Assembly (NCBI GenBank): GCA_024137785.1
Contig: JAHRHZ010000222.1
Coordinates: 34,846,463 to 34,910,462, forward strand
From: Ginglymostoma cirratum
Taxonomy: Eukaryota
Reading direction: 5' to 3'
DNA: 64,000 nucleotides
The notes beneath the pieces were generated by a model. The model had not been told where the DNA came from and made no database searches. It saw nothing but the letters and a program-made list of their open reading frames with translations. Below, in pieces: positions 11,061 through 23,449 of the stretch (positions are counted from its first letter, which is position 1; each line of letters begins with the position of its first letter). Made by a program: the position numbers and the translations under genes.

Positions 11061-13479
11061 ACTGTTCCCAGCACTCAGTTTCTATTTATGTAGCAGCATT
11101 GCTGCAGATATTATTTCACACAAGAATGTGCACCTATATGCAAACAAACTCTCTGGCAATCTTCAATATTGTCAGTATTGGGATGTTTTTCAAATGGCCA
11201 GCACACGGATAGAAGGCAGAACTTCTTCCTCAATATTATCAGGAGCAAGCAAGGTGTGGCAGCTAGCCAGTTAAGGAAGTTGGGCAGGCCTCCCAGACTG
11301 TCAGCATAATCAGAGGGCCAGAAACTTCTGCAGCCTCTACAATCCTACCAATTTTTTTTTTTTGTTTTTGGCAATACCAAGCAGGCAAAACATCCAAAGA
11401 AAAATCCTACCATTGAAAATACTGGAACAGCCTTGCATATGCACAACCCCACTTCCCCTCAAGCCAAGTAACCTCCAACTCTCAGAAAGCTACATGGAGG
11501 CTGCTTTTTTGCAGCCAAAGGCCGCCTTATTCTTACAAGGGGCAGCTCCACAACTGGCAAAAGTCCATCGAAAATGATCATGATCAGCCTTTAATTTATT
11601 AGATTCCACCCAGCTCTCGTCTAAGGCAGACATGTTAAAGCCATTCCCACTGTAAGGCACCTCCGCAGAAGTCCGGGTGCATCATGGAAACAACCCAATA
11701 TGTTACCAGCCCACACCCCATGGCCAAGTATGATTCCACCCCATACTGTGTGTCTCTGTGTTGATTATACATGATGAAACAAAGCGTAACAATAGTTTGC
11801 AATTGCTCGTCATAAAAATATGAAGCGCCTGAAACATTTCTGAAATATTATAAACATCATGATTTTGTTCGCCCTGGAAGTAACAGCACCTCATTCACAT
11901 AGACAATAAGATGATGTTTTCTGATGATTTTGATTATAAAAAATTAAAACACTCAGCCATGGCAGGATTTAAGGTAAGATGAATTTTAGTGAAAAGCAGT
12001 TTGATTCACAGGTGACAAAAAGAATGGGCATCGAACTAGACAGACATTACTGAACTATTATACAGCAATTGGGCAACTGGCACATTAAAACCAAGTTGAT
12101 CTCCAATATAAAATTATAAAATCTTGCTGTGCTTTAGACCAATATGATAAGGTGTCTTTCCAAGTTTCACGTTGTTATCGGCTTTTGTCCTCCTGGAACT
12201 CTGACCTACTTGACCTTTCTGAGCTGTCATTTGTCTGATTTTGACAGCCGATTGTATCAAATGCCAAGAACACCATATGTGAGGATTTTCAATGGACTTA
12301 ATTTTTTTTAAAATTGTCAATAAACAATAACTACAGCGAGATTTATGGTCGCTCCACAAAATGAAAGCAAAAACAAAAACTTTAAAGAAGTCCTTTAATC
12401 ACATTACAAGCGAAGTGAATTGATAAAAATGCAATTTTATATATAGACTCTGAAAAGTATTTTTAAATTCACTACTACAATTTCATGCTGTTTTAATAAT
12501 ATAATTAAAGCTTTTATTTTGGATTATTTTAGAATTATTTCCAGGATGACATTAGCTATGTGAAAAGTGCATTAAGTTCAACATTAAAACATAATTTCTC
12601 GAAGTAAATCCTTCCATCCAAAATGTATATTTTGTTGTGAAAATTCAAAGTAAACATTTTTTCCCAACTATCATTCTTGGTACATGCTATAAAATAGATA
12701 TATTGAATAAATCTAGCCAAGTAACAACAATTTTCAATATAGAAGTTATAAGCAAACTGGAAAAAAACAGTTACCATCCAGGCAAGATCACATAAATACA
12801 GAATGTAAAGAAACATCATCACTGTGAGCAGCTCAGAAAGCTTTCTCCCTGAGCAGCCTTTGAATCCACATGACAGTATGACTTCTGTCATGTAAATTTA
12901 GTAGCATTGCTTGCACATCACATTACAACAAAATTATGTTTAACTCTTCCAGGCTCTTTGAGTCTCGGAACAATAACAATTTCATTTAACTTTTGTTGTA
13001 ATGAATACAACATAATTTTTTTTGAAAAAACTGATAATAGCATGCTCTGACATCCAGTGCATGCACAAGTGAAATTATAGGTTCAAAAATTTTCATTTTT
13101 ACATCATGATAGCATTTCAGGTGGGTTCATTACTGTAAGAGCATTGGGATCTTGATACTTTCTGCTTTCTATTAATAAAATAATTGGTAGTTTACAAACA
13201 TATTATAACATTATACAAGTACGAACATTTACAGAAGTCATCAAATGGAAGAACTCAGAAATCGGTTTGTGAGTGATCTCATCAGAGACATGCAGATTTT
13301 TTAAAATATTAAGACAAATGAACAGATAAATAGCTGCATAAATGTCAGCCTGAGATCTGTAGGCAAATTCATGCTGGCAAATATAAGAAAACAAACTTTA
13401 GTTTGCTTAAAGCAATGACACTGCTGAAAAGACCCACAAACTCAAATGTCAAGGTTTTTCAGTGAAGCTCTGGGTTTCA

Positions 13480-13836
13480 TCATAGAATCCCTACAATGGG
13501 AAACAGGCCATTTGGCCCATCAAGTCCATATCAACTCTCTGAAGAACATCCTACCCAGACTCACACTCCCCAACCCTATCCTTGTAACCCTGCATTTCCC
13601 ATGGCTAACCCACCTAGCCTGCACATCCCCGCACACTATGGGCAATTTAGTATGGCCAATCCACACAACCTACACATTTTTGGACTGTAGGAGGAAACCA
13701 GAGCACCTGGAGGAAACCCACACAGGCACAGGGAGAATGTGCAACCTCCACACAGACACAGTCACCCGAGGGTGGAATCGAACCTAGGTCCCTGTCACTG
13801 TGAGGCAACAGGGCTAACCACTGAGCCGCCATGCCG
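13480..13836 (-). mobile_element. HE1-like V-SINE (tRNA-derived), near full length
   Basis: Minus strand: A box (TGGCGGCTCAGTGGTTAG), B box (GGTTCGATTCC), V-domain-like tgtgtggaggttgcacattctccctgtgcctgtgtgggtttcctcc, and 3' tail ttgtagggattctatgatg. Confidence 0.85.
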
Positions 13837-14454
13837 CTCCCAAATGGTAGTTCAAAACACACATCACAAATATACAAGATAAGAGAAACCTGGGACTGAA
13901 GCTGACCATATTTTGGCTATTTGAATTTCACTAATTTTCATGAAGCGTTTCTCTCGGCGAGGTCCAGTGAATTTTTTCCACATTATTGTCCAAACCCATC
14001 TCATTAACTGTGGTGCCCCACTCACCCGACACTAATCTAATTCACCAAGTCACTGAATGCACTCCTGGCTGCATTCCCCTAAATTCAGCAGTATCCTTGA
14101 TTCCATTACCATCTTAGAAATGTCATTGTGCACCTCACAAGCACTGTCGAGCGGAGCTGCCCTGTATGACTTTAAGCTATTTAGTGGACACAGTGGCAGA
14201 CACCGCAAAGTTGGCATTCCACTTTGTGGGCAGAGTTCTCAATGTCTTGACAGAAGGCATAGCACAGAAGAGGGACTTCCCTTTCCCCCAGAAGTGCCAG
14301 AGTAAACGATGCTACCAGACCCTGCCATCTGGTCTGAGCTCACTACCTGGGTCAGTGTAGTCTCCACAGTTCCAAGGAACACCCAGTAATGCAGGAAGGT
14401 CAATGACTTTCTCCATTCGCCAGGATAGGTGTCACCTTCTTTTGTCTGCTATCT

Positions 14455-14802
14455 TTTTTAAATGCATTCACATGGTGTGGGCATTGCAGGCGAGGCCAGC
14501 ATTTACTGTCAATCCCTAACTGCCCAGAAGTTAACTAGAGTCAAACACATTGCTGTGGGTCTGGAGTCACATATATGCTAGAATAGACAGTTACCTTCCT
14601 TAAAAGGTCATTATGAACCAGATAGGTTTTTTTTTTAAAGCAATTGACAAAAGTTTCATAGTCATCATTAGATTTTAATTCCAGATTTGTTACAGGATTC
14701 AGATTCTACCATCAGCCATGAGTGTTTTGAAGTCAGGTCCCCACACTTTCTCCCCAGTCTCTGGATTATTGGTCTGGTGATAATCCCACTAGGCCATCAC
14801 CT
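14455..14802 (-). mobile_element. tRNA-derived SINE (family of 21392-22153)
   Basis: Colinear with 21802-22153 (cacattgctgtgggtctggagtcacat ... tgataatcccactaggccatcacc). Confidence 0.75.
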
Positions 14803-14824
14803 TACACTCAATCTCAGCAACAGC

Positions 14825-15058
14825 ACACACCTCCCATCAAGGTCAGAGAGTGGTGGGAACTTGTAACTCACTGCCTCTAAGGGTAGCAGAGGCAGAAGCA
14901 TTCATTACATTTACAAAGCATTTAAATGTACATTTGTGATGCCAAGGCAAACAAGATTATGGGCCCAGTGCTCAAAAACTGGCACAAGAATAATTGCTCT
15001 TGACTGATGCAGATGGGCCAAATGGTATTTTTCTGTGCTATGGATCTCTATGACTCTA
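14825..15058 (+). mobile_element. CR1 LINE 3' fragment
   Basis: cagagagtggtgggaacttgtaactcactgcct ... gatgggccaaatgg ... ctctatgactctaag tail. Confidence 0.7.
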
Positions 15059-16609
15059 AGGATCATGCTCCACCACTCTCACTTTCACATGCAACGGGTT
15101 CCATCACTTGCTTTCACTTAGTCCAAAATTCCAAGTCAACTAACCGTACATGCTCCCTGCTCTGCCTCTAGACACCTCACCACGTTTGTTCACCTGCACA
15201 AGCACTTACAGCCATGCCACCAAATGTCAACTTACTCGATCCCGCCCCATCTCCAACTCCTAGAAAGAGCGATCCACAATAAAGGCCAGGAAGCAAAGTG
15301 AGATGCCTGACATCTGGCTCCTCACCTCCTCTGAAGAAAGTAGCCTGGCCTTTGCCAGTGAGAACTGGTGCAGATCCCATGGAGATGCAGAGATTCCATA
15401 TCCTAACATTACACATCAACTCTCACATTAACTCACCATCAATACATATTTCACTTGCCACAACTGTCAAGCCCTGATCATGATGGTTCCTCTCTTATCT
15501 GTCTGGCAGATACAAGTAGCAAGTCGATACTGGTCACAATCAAAAAGGCCACCCTGTAAGGCACCCCCTCCACCTCGTCTGAGGAAAAGAATGGGTACCT
15601 CAGAAGAAGCACTGACAAGGCTGCCTCCAGCAGTCCCTATCAAATAACAAACTTACAGCTCAGTGGACATTTTAATTAAAGTTGGGAGAAGCTGCTTACA
15701 AGCACTTCACTAACACATCTCTGCAGCTGGATTTACAGGACAATGGAAGGCGGCGGCAGCAGCAGCAACACCTCGAACTGCTAGTTCCAGGATCCATCTC
15801 ACTGTGAACCCGCAAACATTAACATCCCCTTCCTGGTCAGCCTTACCATCAACCCCATAGATGTCACACCTCGTCAGGTCCCCATCCAACACATCTATCT
15901 AAGCCTGTATCTGCATATCTTTCAGTTCCAGTCCCAGGCATGAGAAGTCAAGATGCAGATCTTGTATTTAACCATGTCCCCCTCTGGAAGCCAATGTGCA
16001 CCTTACGATGTGCATCAACGATCCCCTCTCCTGCATGACATCTTATCCACCCATCTTTCCCCCACTTCTAAATTGAGTTGCCCACTTTCCACGATTATAA
16101 CCCCGTCTGCATCCGAGCAGTCTGCCCTTACTCCCCACCATTAAGGTCCCCTGCATCCTCTCACAGCACCAGCCCCCTGATAAACCCTCGCCTACTGATA
16201 TTTACTGGACAAAGCGGCTGGACTGACTGTGGTCCAGCTCAATGAAAATGTAGCCAACAGCCCCAAATTAAGAGTAACCAGACCAATGTTCCTTCTAAGT
16301 TGTGTGACTGCACAGCCTTGAGGCCTACTTCCATGGATTAACATGCAGTAACATCCTCCCATTACATTGTCTCACCTCACTGATACGCAGTTTACCACTG
16401 TCCCACCTGCCAGATAGAAAACAGATAGCACCAATTTCCCACCTTCTGACACATCTGGGCAATTGACAGGAACTACACAGGCTGTACGGACTGCCAGCAA
16501 TTGACCAGATGAACCAGCTAGGCATTAAGGATGGTGCTGGCAACAAGCATCATCAGAGGTCCTGGCAGCGGCCGGTACAAAAATGAGGGGTGGCGTTTTT
16601 GCAAAACAC

Positions 16610-17340
16610 AAGACTCTTAGAGGACTCAACAGGAAAGATGCAGTAAGATTGCTTCCCCTTAAGGGAGAGTCAAGGAGCAGAGGGCATAATGTCAGATGAA
16701 AGGGTCATACATTTAAGATAGAGATGAGGAGGAATTTCCTTCAGGGGTTATGAATTCTTTCTCACTGTTAATGCTGGGAGGTTAAGTATATTCGAGGCCA
16801 AGATAGACAGAACTGTAATTAGTAAGGGAATCAGGGGCTAGAGGAGAATGGCAGCAAAGTGAAGTTGAGAATTATCAGATCAGCGATGACCGCACTAAGT
16901 GGCAGAGCTTGCTCGATGGGGAGAATGGCCTACTCCTGCTCCTACACCTTATGGTCTTTGCTGAGTGGGAGAATAAAATGAGCAGGGCACTCTTACACAG
17001 GGCTACAGAGGGGCATGGTAGAAAGGTAATGAAGCAAGTTTGGGAAAATAACATGCAAAATCTCGACTGGACTTGTGAAGAGGCACTCCTTAGTAGCAGT
17101 AACCACAGCGTGATTAAATTTTACTTTCAGCTTAAAAAGGGAGCTAATGGTCTAAGACTAGTAGTTTAAACTTAAATAAGGGCAACCATATGGGCATGAA
17201 CACTGAGTAAGGTGAACTATCACAATAGACTAGGGAATAGACCAACAAAGCAATAGTGGCCAACATATAAGGGATATCTCAGAATACTCAAGCGTGAGCA
17301 TATTCCTACTAGGAAGAAAAATTCGGAGGAGCATGTTTAC
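16610..17340 (+). mobile_element. CR1 LINE fragments (3' end followed by an upstream ORF2 piece)
   Basis: gagatgaggaggaatttc ... gaatggcctactcctgctcct tail at ~16920-16955, then an endonuclease-end-like SNHSVIKF near 17100. Confidence 0.6.
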
Positions 17341-17354
17341 CATCCATTGTTAAC

Positions 17355-18190
17355 CAGAGTCATACAGCACAAAAATAGACCCTTCAGTCCAACTCATCAT
17401 CCCAACCAGGTATCTCAAACTTAACTTGACCCATTTGCCAGCGTCTGGTCTGTATCCCCCTAAACATTTCTTCACAACAGACCTGTCCAAATTTCTTTTG
17501 AATGTTGTAATTGTACCCGCTTCTACCACTTCCCCTGACAGCTCATTACATACACTCACCACACACAGTGTGAAAAAGTTGCGCCTCGGCTCCCTTTCAA
17601 ATCTTTCCCCGCTCATCTTAAAGAAAAAGACCTTGGTTACTCACCCTGTCCACACTCCTCATGATTTCATAAACCTCTATAAGATCATCCTATAGCCTCC
17701 AATGCTCCAGGGAGAAAAGACCCAGCCTGTCCAGCCTCTCCTTATAACTCAAATCTCCCAATCCCAACAACATCCTTGTAAATGTTTTCTGCACCCTTTC
17801 TAGTTTAGCAATATCCTTCCAATAGGAGGACGAACAGGATTATACGCAGTATTTTAAAAGTGGGCCAACGTTTTGTATAGCAGCAACATGACATTTCAAC
17901 TCATATACTCAATGCACTGGCCAATGAAAGCAAGCACACCAAATGCCTTCTTCAACACCCAGTCCACACACAACATCACTTTCAAGGAACTATGAATCTG
18001 CATCCCTCGGCCCCTTTGTTTGCTAACACTCCCTGGGGCCCTACCATTAATTGTGTAAGTCCTGCCTTGGTTTGCCTTTCCAAAATACAACACCTCACAT
18101 TTATCTAAATTAAACTCTATCTTTCAGCCCATTGGCCTAAGTGATCAAGATCTCTTTGTACTCTTAGATAACCTTCTTCACTGACCACTA
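17355..18190 (-). mobile_element. CR1 LINE 3' portion
   Basis: ORFs 17896-18093 (LYFGKANQGRTYTING...KKAFGVLAFIGQCIEY) and 17350-17616 (RRNFFTLCVVSVCNELSGEVVEAGTITTFKRNLD) are CR1 ORF2 C-terminal sequence; tail gctgtatgactct. Confidence 0.9.
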
Positions 18191-18780
18191 CTTTAGGAAA
18201 AAGCGTATAACTGCACAAAATGAGTGGCAGATCATTTGTAGATTCAGGGCAGAAACCAAAATGTCAGTCAAAACAATTATCACAAAGCATTTGTAGTTGC
18301 AATCTATTCAACATCTGCTCCTTTACGTACTGTTTATTGGTCATATTCATTTGTATTTGCTATGGTGTTCATTGGTATCCTCCCTGCCTGTTCAGTTGTG
18401 ACGTATCTCTTTTACAAACCAAGAATTATAGCCAATCAAGTATGAATCCAACGCAGTAATTTTCATGAGTTAACTACATTGCAGTCAAGTATGTTATAAT
18501 TCCAACAATGTTACACCACTAGTATAAATCTTTTCGGCTGATTCACCAAAATGACCAATTGTTTCACTTTTGTAACTGCTATAAAGAATAGAAGAGGCTT
18601 TCACCAGGTTTCTTTAATTAGCTCAAAAATAATCAGTTTATTACAAAACATGGCCGATATGTAAAAACGTGGCAAATAAGTAGATATCAAGTAACATTTA
18701 TTATGCGGGAAATCTAATTTGCAGAAAAACAACTAAGTGAATTAGTTTCTCCAGTTACGGGAGTGAGTATAGGGGTATGG

Positions 18781-19698
18781 ACGGTAAGTTTGCAGATGAC
18801 ACCAAAATAGATGGTGTAGTGGACAATGAAGAAGGTTATCTCAGAGTACAATGGAGCCTTGGTCAGGTGAGCCAATCAATTCAGTGGTGACAGATGGAAT
18901 TTAATTTAGATAAATGTGAGGTGTTACATCTTGGTAAGGCAAACCAGGGCAGGACAACTACAGTTAAGTCAGGCCCTGGGGAGTGCTGCTGAACAAAGAG
19001 ACCTATGGGTGCACGTTCATAGTTCCTTGAAAGTGGAGTCGCAGGCAGACAGGATGGTGAAGGTGGCGTTTGGCATGCTTGCCTTCATTGGTCAGTGTCT
19101 CGAGAATAGGAGTTGGGATGTCATGTTATGGTTGTAAAGGACATCGATAGGGCCACTTGGAGGATATTGTGTTCAAATCTGGTCTTCCTGCTTTAGCAAA
19201 GCTGTTGCTAAACTTGAAAGGGTGCAGGGAAGATTTACGAGGATGTTATCAGGGTTTGGAGGGTTTCAGCAACAGGGAGAGACTGAATAGGTTGAGGATT
19301 TTTTTTCCCTGGAGCGTCGGAGGCTGAGGGATGACCTTATAGAAGGTTATACAATCATGAGAGGCATGGATGGGGTGAATAGCCAGGTCTTTTCCCTGGG
19401 TGGGGGGAGTCCAAAACTGGAGGGCAGAGGTTTAAGGTGAGAGGGGAAAGATTTAAAAGGGACCTAAGGGGCAACCTTTTCATGCAGAGGGTGGTGCACG
19501 TATGGAATGAGCTGCCTGACGAAGTGAAGGCTAGTCCAATTACAAATTTTAAAAGGCATCTGGATGGGTACGTGAAAAGGGCGGGCTTAGGAGGGATATG
19601 GGCCAAATGCTGGCAAATCAGACTAGATCAGTTTAGGATATCTGCTTGGCATAGCCAAGTTGGACTAAAGGGTCTGTTTCCCTGCTGTGTAACTCTCT
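18781..19698 (+). mobile_element. CR1 LINE 3' portion
   Basis: Starts at the RT motif KFADDTK (aagtttgcagatgacaccaaa); ORFs 18916-19137 and 19437-19751 (RGNLFMQRVVHVWNELP). Confidence 0.92.
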
Positions 19699-20365
19699 GG
19701 AAGTTGCCACCCAGGTTGATAGGGTTGTTAAGAAGGCATACGGTGTGTTAGGTTTTATTGGTAGAGGGATTGAGTTTCGGAGCCGTGAGGTCATGTTGCA
19801 GCTGTACAAAACTCTGGTGCGGCTGCACTTGGAGTATTGCCTACAGTTCTGGTCGCCGCATTATAGGAAGGATGTGGAAGCATTGGAAAGGGTGCAGAGG
19901 AGATTTACCAGGATGTTGCCTGGTATGGAGGGAAGGTCTTATGAGGAAAGGCCGAGGGACTTGAGGCTGTTTTTGTTAGAGAGAAGTAGTTTAAGAGGTG
20001 ACTTAATAGAGACATACAAGATGATCAGAGGATTAGATAGGGTGGACAGTGAGAGCCTTTTTCCTCGGATGGTGACGGCGAGCACAAGGGGATATAGTTT
20101 TAAATTGAGGGGTGATAGATATAGGACAGATGTCAGAGGTAGATTCTTTACTGAGAGAGTACTAAGGGCATGGAATGCCCTGCCTGCAACAGTAGTAGAC
20201 TCGCCAACTTTAGGGGCATTTAAATGGTCGTTGGATAAACATATGGATGATAATGGAATAGTCTAGGTTAGATGGGCTTCAGATTGGTTTCACAGGTCGG
20301 CGCAACATCAAGGGCTGAAGGGCCTGTACTGCGCTGTAATGTTCTATGTTCTCTATGTTCTATGA
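19699..20365 (+). mobile_element. Young 5'-truncated CR1 LINE
   Basis: Uninterrupted 173-aa ORF2 C-terminus at 19745-20266 (LYKTLVRLHLEYCLQFWSPHYRKD...FFTERVLRAWNALP), retained CpGs and a (TTCTATG)n tail at 20342-20364. Confidence 0.95.
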
Positions 20366-21391
20366 GTTTATGATAACTCTCAGCCATATTTCCTCAACTT
20401 CACAGATCTCTGTAATTGGAAAATATAAATTATAATATTAAGATTACTTTTCTTCAATGTCTGTTGACTATGATGGACATGCTTCCCACATAAAGAGACT
20501 AAGGTTAGGGTTTCCTGTCTATATTGTGGCGTTGCATGATACTAACCCAACCAAAAAAGTAAAGGATAATACGCTGAAACGGACACTTCTTCAGGATTTA
20601 TCTACATAAGCACATTTCTAACCAAAGAACTTTGTACTGAAATGTTAACTCTGCTTTTTCTCTTCACAGATGCTGCCTGACCTGCTGAGTGTTTCCACCA
20701 TTGTCTCTTAATGTATCTGATTCCCATTCACGTCACTCAAATGACAAAATTCCTTGATGTAGCGGAAGATGCTTCAATTGTTGACTGTTTCTTGGCATTG
20801 TGTCTTGTTCCAAACTTAGCTACAGGGGATATGTTAGAGTTAAATACTTTACACTTAAACTATTAATCTACATATCAATGTTCCTTTTTAACAGTTAACT
20901 GTATGTCATACATGAACAGATTTACCTAAATACACCCAAACCTAAGCAACATGCTTGCAAAACAAGATTTAATACACAGAGCCTTCAATGGCTTCTTGAA
21001 CAGCCAAGACATCAATACCTGGAGTCTAATCATTTCAAAAAAATTATTATGGAACGTTCAATTAATTAGTTGGTTTGCCAATTAAACAAAGGCATTAGTG
21101 GCTTTGTTGTTTTCAGCTTATCATCCTGAATCTTAATTTCCTAATTTTTGAAACCATGGGAAATGAAGGTAATCATTTTCTCCAAACAGCTTGAAAAATA
21201 TAATTTTAACCCACATCGCAGAAAACAAATCTACAGGTTAAATTGTTGTTAAGTGTTGGACTATATCAGTTTGTGAGGAGAGCTTAATTCTAGTTTTTGC
21301 AATTTATTTAGTTTTTCAACAGTTTTATATTTCATTGCATCATTTAGAATAAACTTAGCTCTCATACATTGTCACTAATCTGGTGTTGAAA

Positions 21392-21710
21392 GGTGATGGC
21401 CTTGTAGCATCATGGCTGGACTGTTAACGCAGAAACCCAGGTAATGTTCTAGGGATCCAAGTTTGAATCTGAATTCAATAAAATATTCTGGAATTAAGAG
21501 TTTAATATGACCATGAATTGTCGGAAAAACCCACCCGGTTTCCTAATAGCCTTTAGAAAAGGAAACTGCCAACCCTACCAGACCTGGACTACATGTGACT
21601 CCAGAGCCACAGCAATGTGGTTGACTCTTAACTGCCCTCTGGGTAATTACGGATGGGTAATAAACGCTGGCCCAGCCAGTGATGCCGTCATCCCATGAAT
21701 AAGAGAAAAA
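21392..21710 (+). mobile_element. tRNA-derived SINE with LINE-derived 3' tail
   Basis: Core ctacatgtgactccagagccacagcaatgtggttgactcttaactgccctctggg. Its 3' end (gatgggtaataaacgctggcccagcc...cccatgaata) matches the LINE 3' end at 44683-44731. Confidence 0.8.
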
Positions 21711-21801
21711 GAGTTAATGCTTTTCTTATTTAATTGCTGAAAATGTTACCTTGCAATATTTTCTAATCCACTAGCTGTGTTAACACACGTACAGACTTTT
21801 G

Positions 21802-22153
21802 TTTTCTTTATTCATTCACGGGATGAGGGCGTTGCTGACCAGGCAGTAACTGTTGCCCACCCCTCATTGCCCAGAGGTCAGTTAAGAGTCAACCACATTG
21901 CTGTGGGCTGGAGTTACATGTAGGCTAGACCAGGTAAGGATGGCAGTTTCCTTCCCTAAGGACATTAGTGAACCAGATGAGTTTTTCCAACAATCGATAA
22001 TGGATTCACAGCCATCATCAGATTCTTCATTCCAGATATTTTATTTAATTCAAATTCCATCATCTGCTGTGGCAGGATTCGAACCTAGATCCCCAGAACA
22101 TTATCTGGGTTTCTGGATTAACAGTCCAGTGATAATACCACTAGGCCACTGCC
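21802..22153 (-). mobile_element. tRNA-derived SINE, same family, opposite orientation
   Basis: Reverse-complement copy of 21392-21710 with a B box (GGTTCGAATCC on the minus strand near 22080). Confidence 0.85.
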
Positions 22154-23449
22154 TTCCATTACTGGCAGGTGTTGGAGGCTGGACTGCAAGATCCACCCCA
22201 GTTCTTCTAAAAAAGAAACTTGTATCCCAATAAATTAGTTCATTTGTTTATTTGCCAATTGGTACCCGAAGAAGTGTGATGAGATTCTCCACGCCAAGGC
22301 AGCCATTAAGTAGTCCAAGAATTCTTGGTTGACGAAGTTATTCATTTTGACTACCCATCTCTCTTCTGCAGTTACATCTGTGTCCAGATGCCCATCAGGA
22401 GTGAACATGAAGCATCCACTTGAGGCTGATCACAACTGGTGGGTACCTCAGTGGTGGAGTGTGCTGCTCCACCCAAAACCACTTAGTACTTTAATTTTGC
22501 AAGTTTCCATTAAGGTTTAGTTTTTCTTACAGTATTTATCTGAACAAGAGACATGCATGAGTCCACTTGTTCATTTCATTTACTTAAAGATGAATAAAGA
22601 GGCATGTTATCAGAGTGTCCCTTTAAGAGAGTGATCATTCGTGTATTTTGTTCAGTTGTCAATTTATACTCAAAACAAAAGTATAAAAGAGTGCTCATGA
22701 CACAGATGATAGGTTGTACCTCCCTCCCTAACAGTAACATTTAACTACCTACACTGCACAGATGTAGCAGTTCAAGGCAGTGGTAGCACCTTCTTGAGTG
22801 CTATTCTGAATGGGGAATAATTACTGGCCTTCCAAACAATAATCATATCCCACAAATTCATGAAAAAGGGTTGACTTCTAAATTGTTTTCATTCCCAGCG
22901 CATAAATAACAATGACAAGGCCACACTTATTGCCTATTCCTAGTTCCCTTTAAAGGGCGACGGGTAGGCATTCACCTTGGGTTGATGCTACTCCCACAGT
23001 AGTTTTAGGCAGAAAGTTCCAGAATTTTGATCCATCAGCCGGGAAGGAAGGCATCCAATTGATGACGATGTACCCTAGACACAGCTCCTTGCACCCTTCT
23101 CAGGGATAGCAATTGCAAGGTTGGGTCAACATCACAGCTGTTACAATCTTGAAAGGGATTGTTAACATTTAAAGAAAATACCCAGGAATTCACTGAGTGG
23201 ACTACATCTCAAAACTTCATATTTTTAAACAAAAACAAAAACAAACTTTACTGTACACAAATATAAATTAAAGAAAACAACAAATTCTTATGGTTGCTTT
23301 TAGTCATGATGAACTCTATTATGTTAGAAATGAGGAGTTCTAGCAAAGGCAGTGCAAGTGTATTGTTCATCGAAAGCAATGACCCCCAAAATGGAGGGAA
23401 GTCAGATTACATTTGACTTGTTCTCACTCAATCCTTTTGTTTATTATTA

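Noticed and set aside
11210-11745. Possible Harbinger-type MITE (similar GC-richer patches at 15170-16300, 35037-35230, 58316-58640)
   Set aside because: Terminal inverted repeats are too degenerate to support a call by eye.
13770-13836. tRNA gene (A and B boxes present)
   Set aside because: Continues directly into SINE body and tail; it is a SINE head, as are 55665 and 46727.
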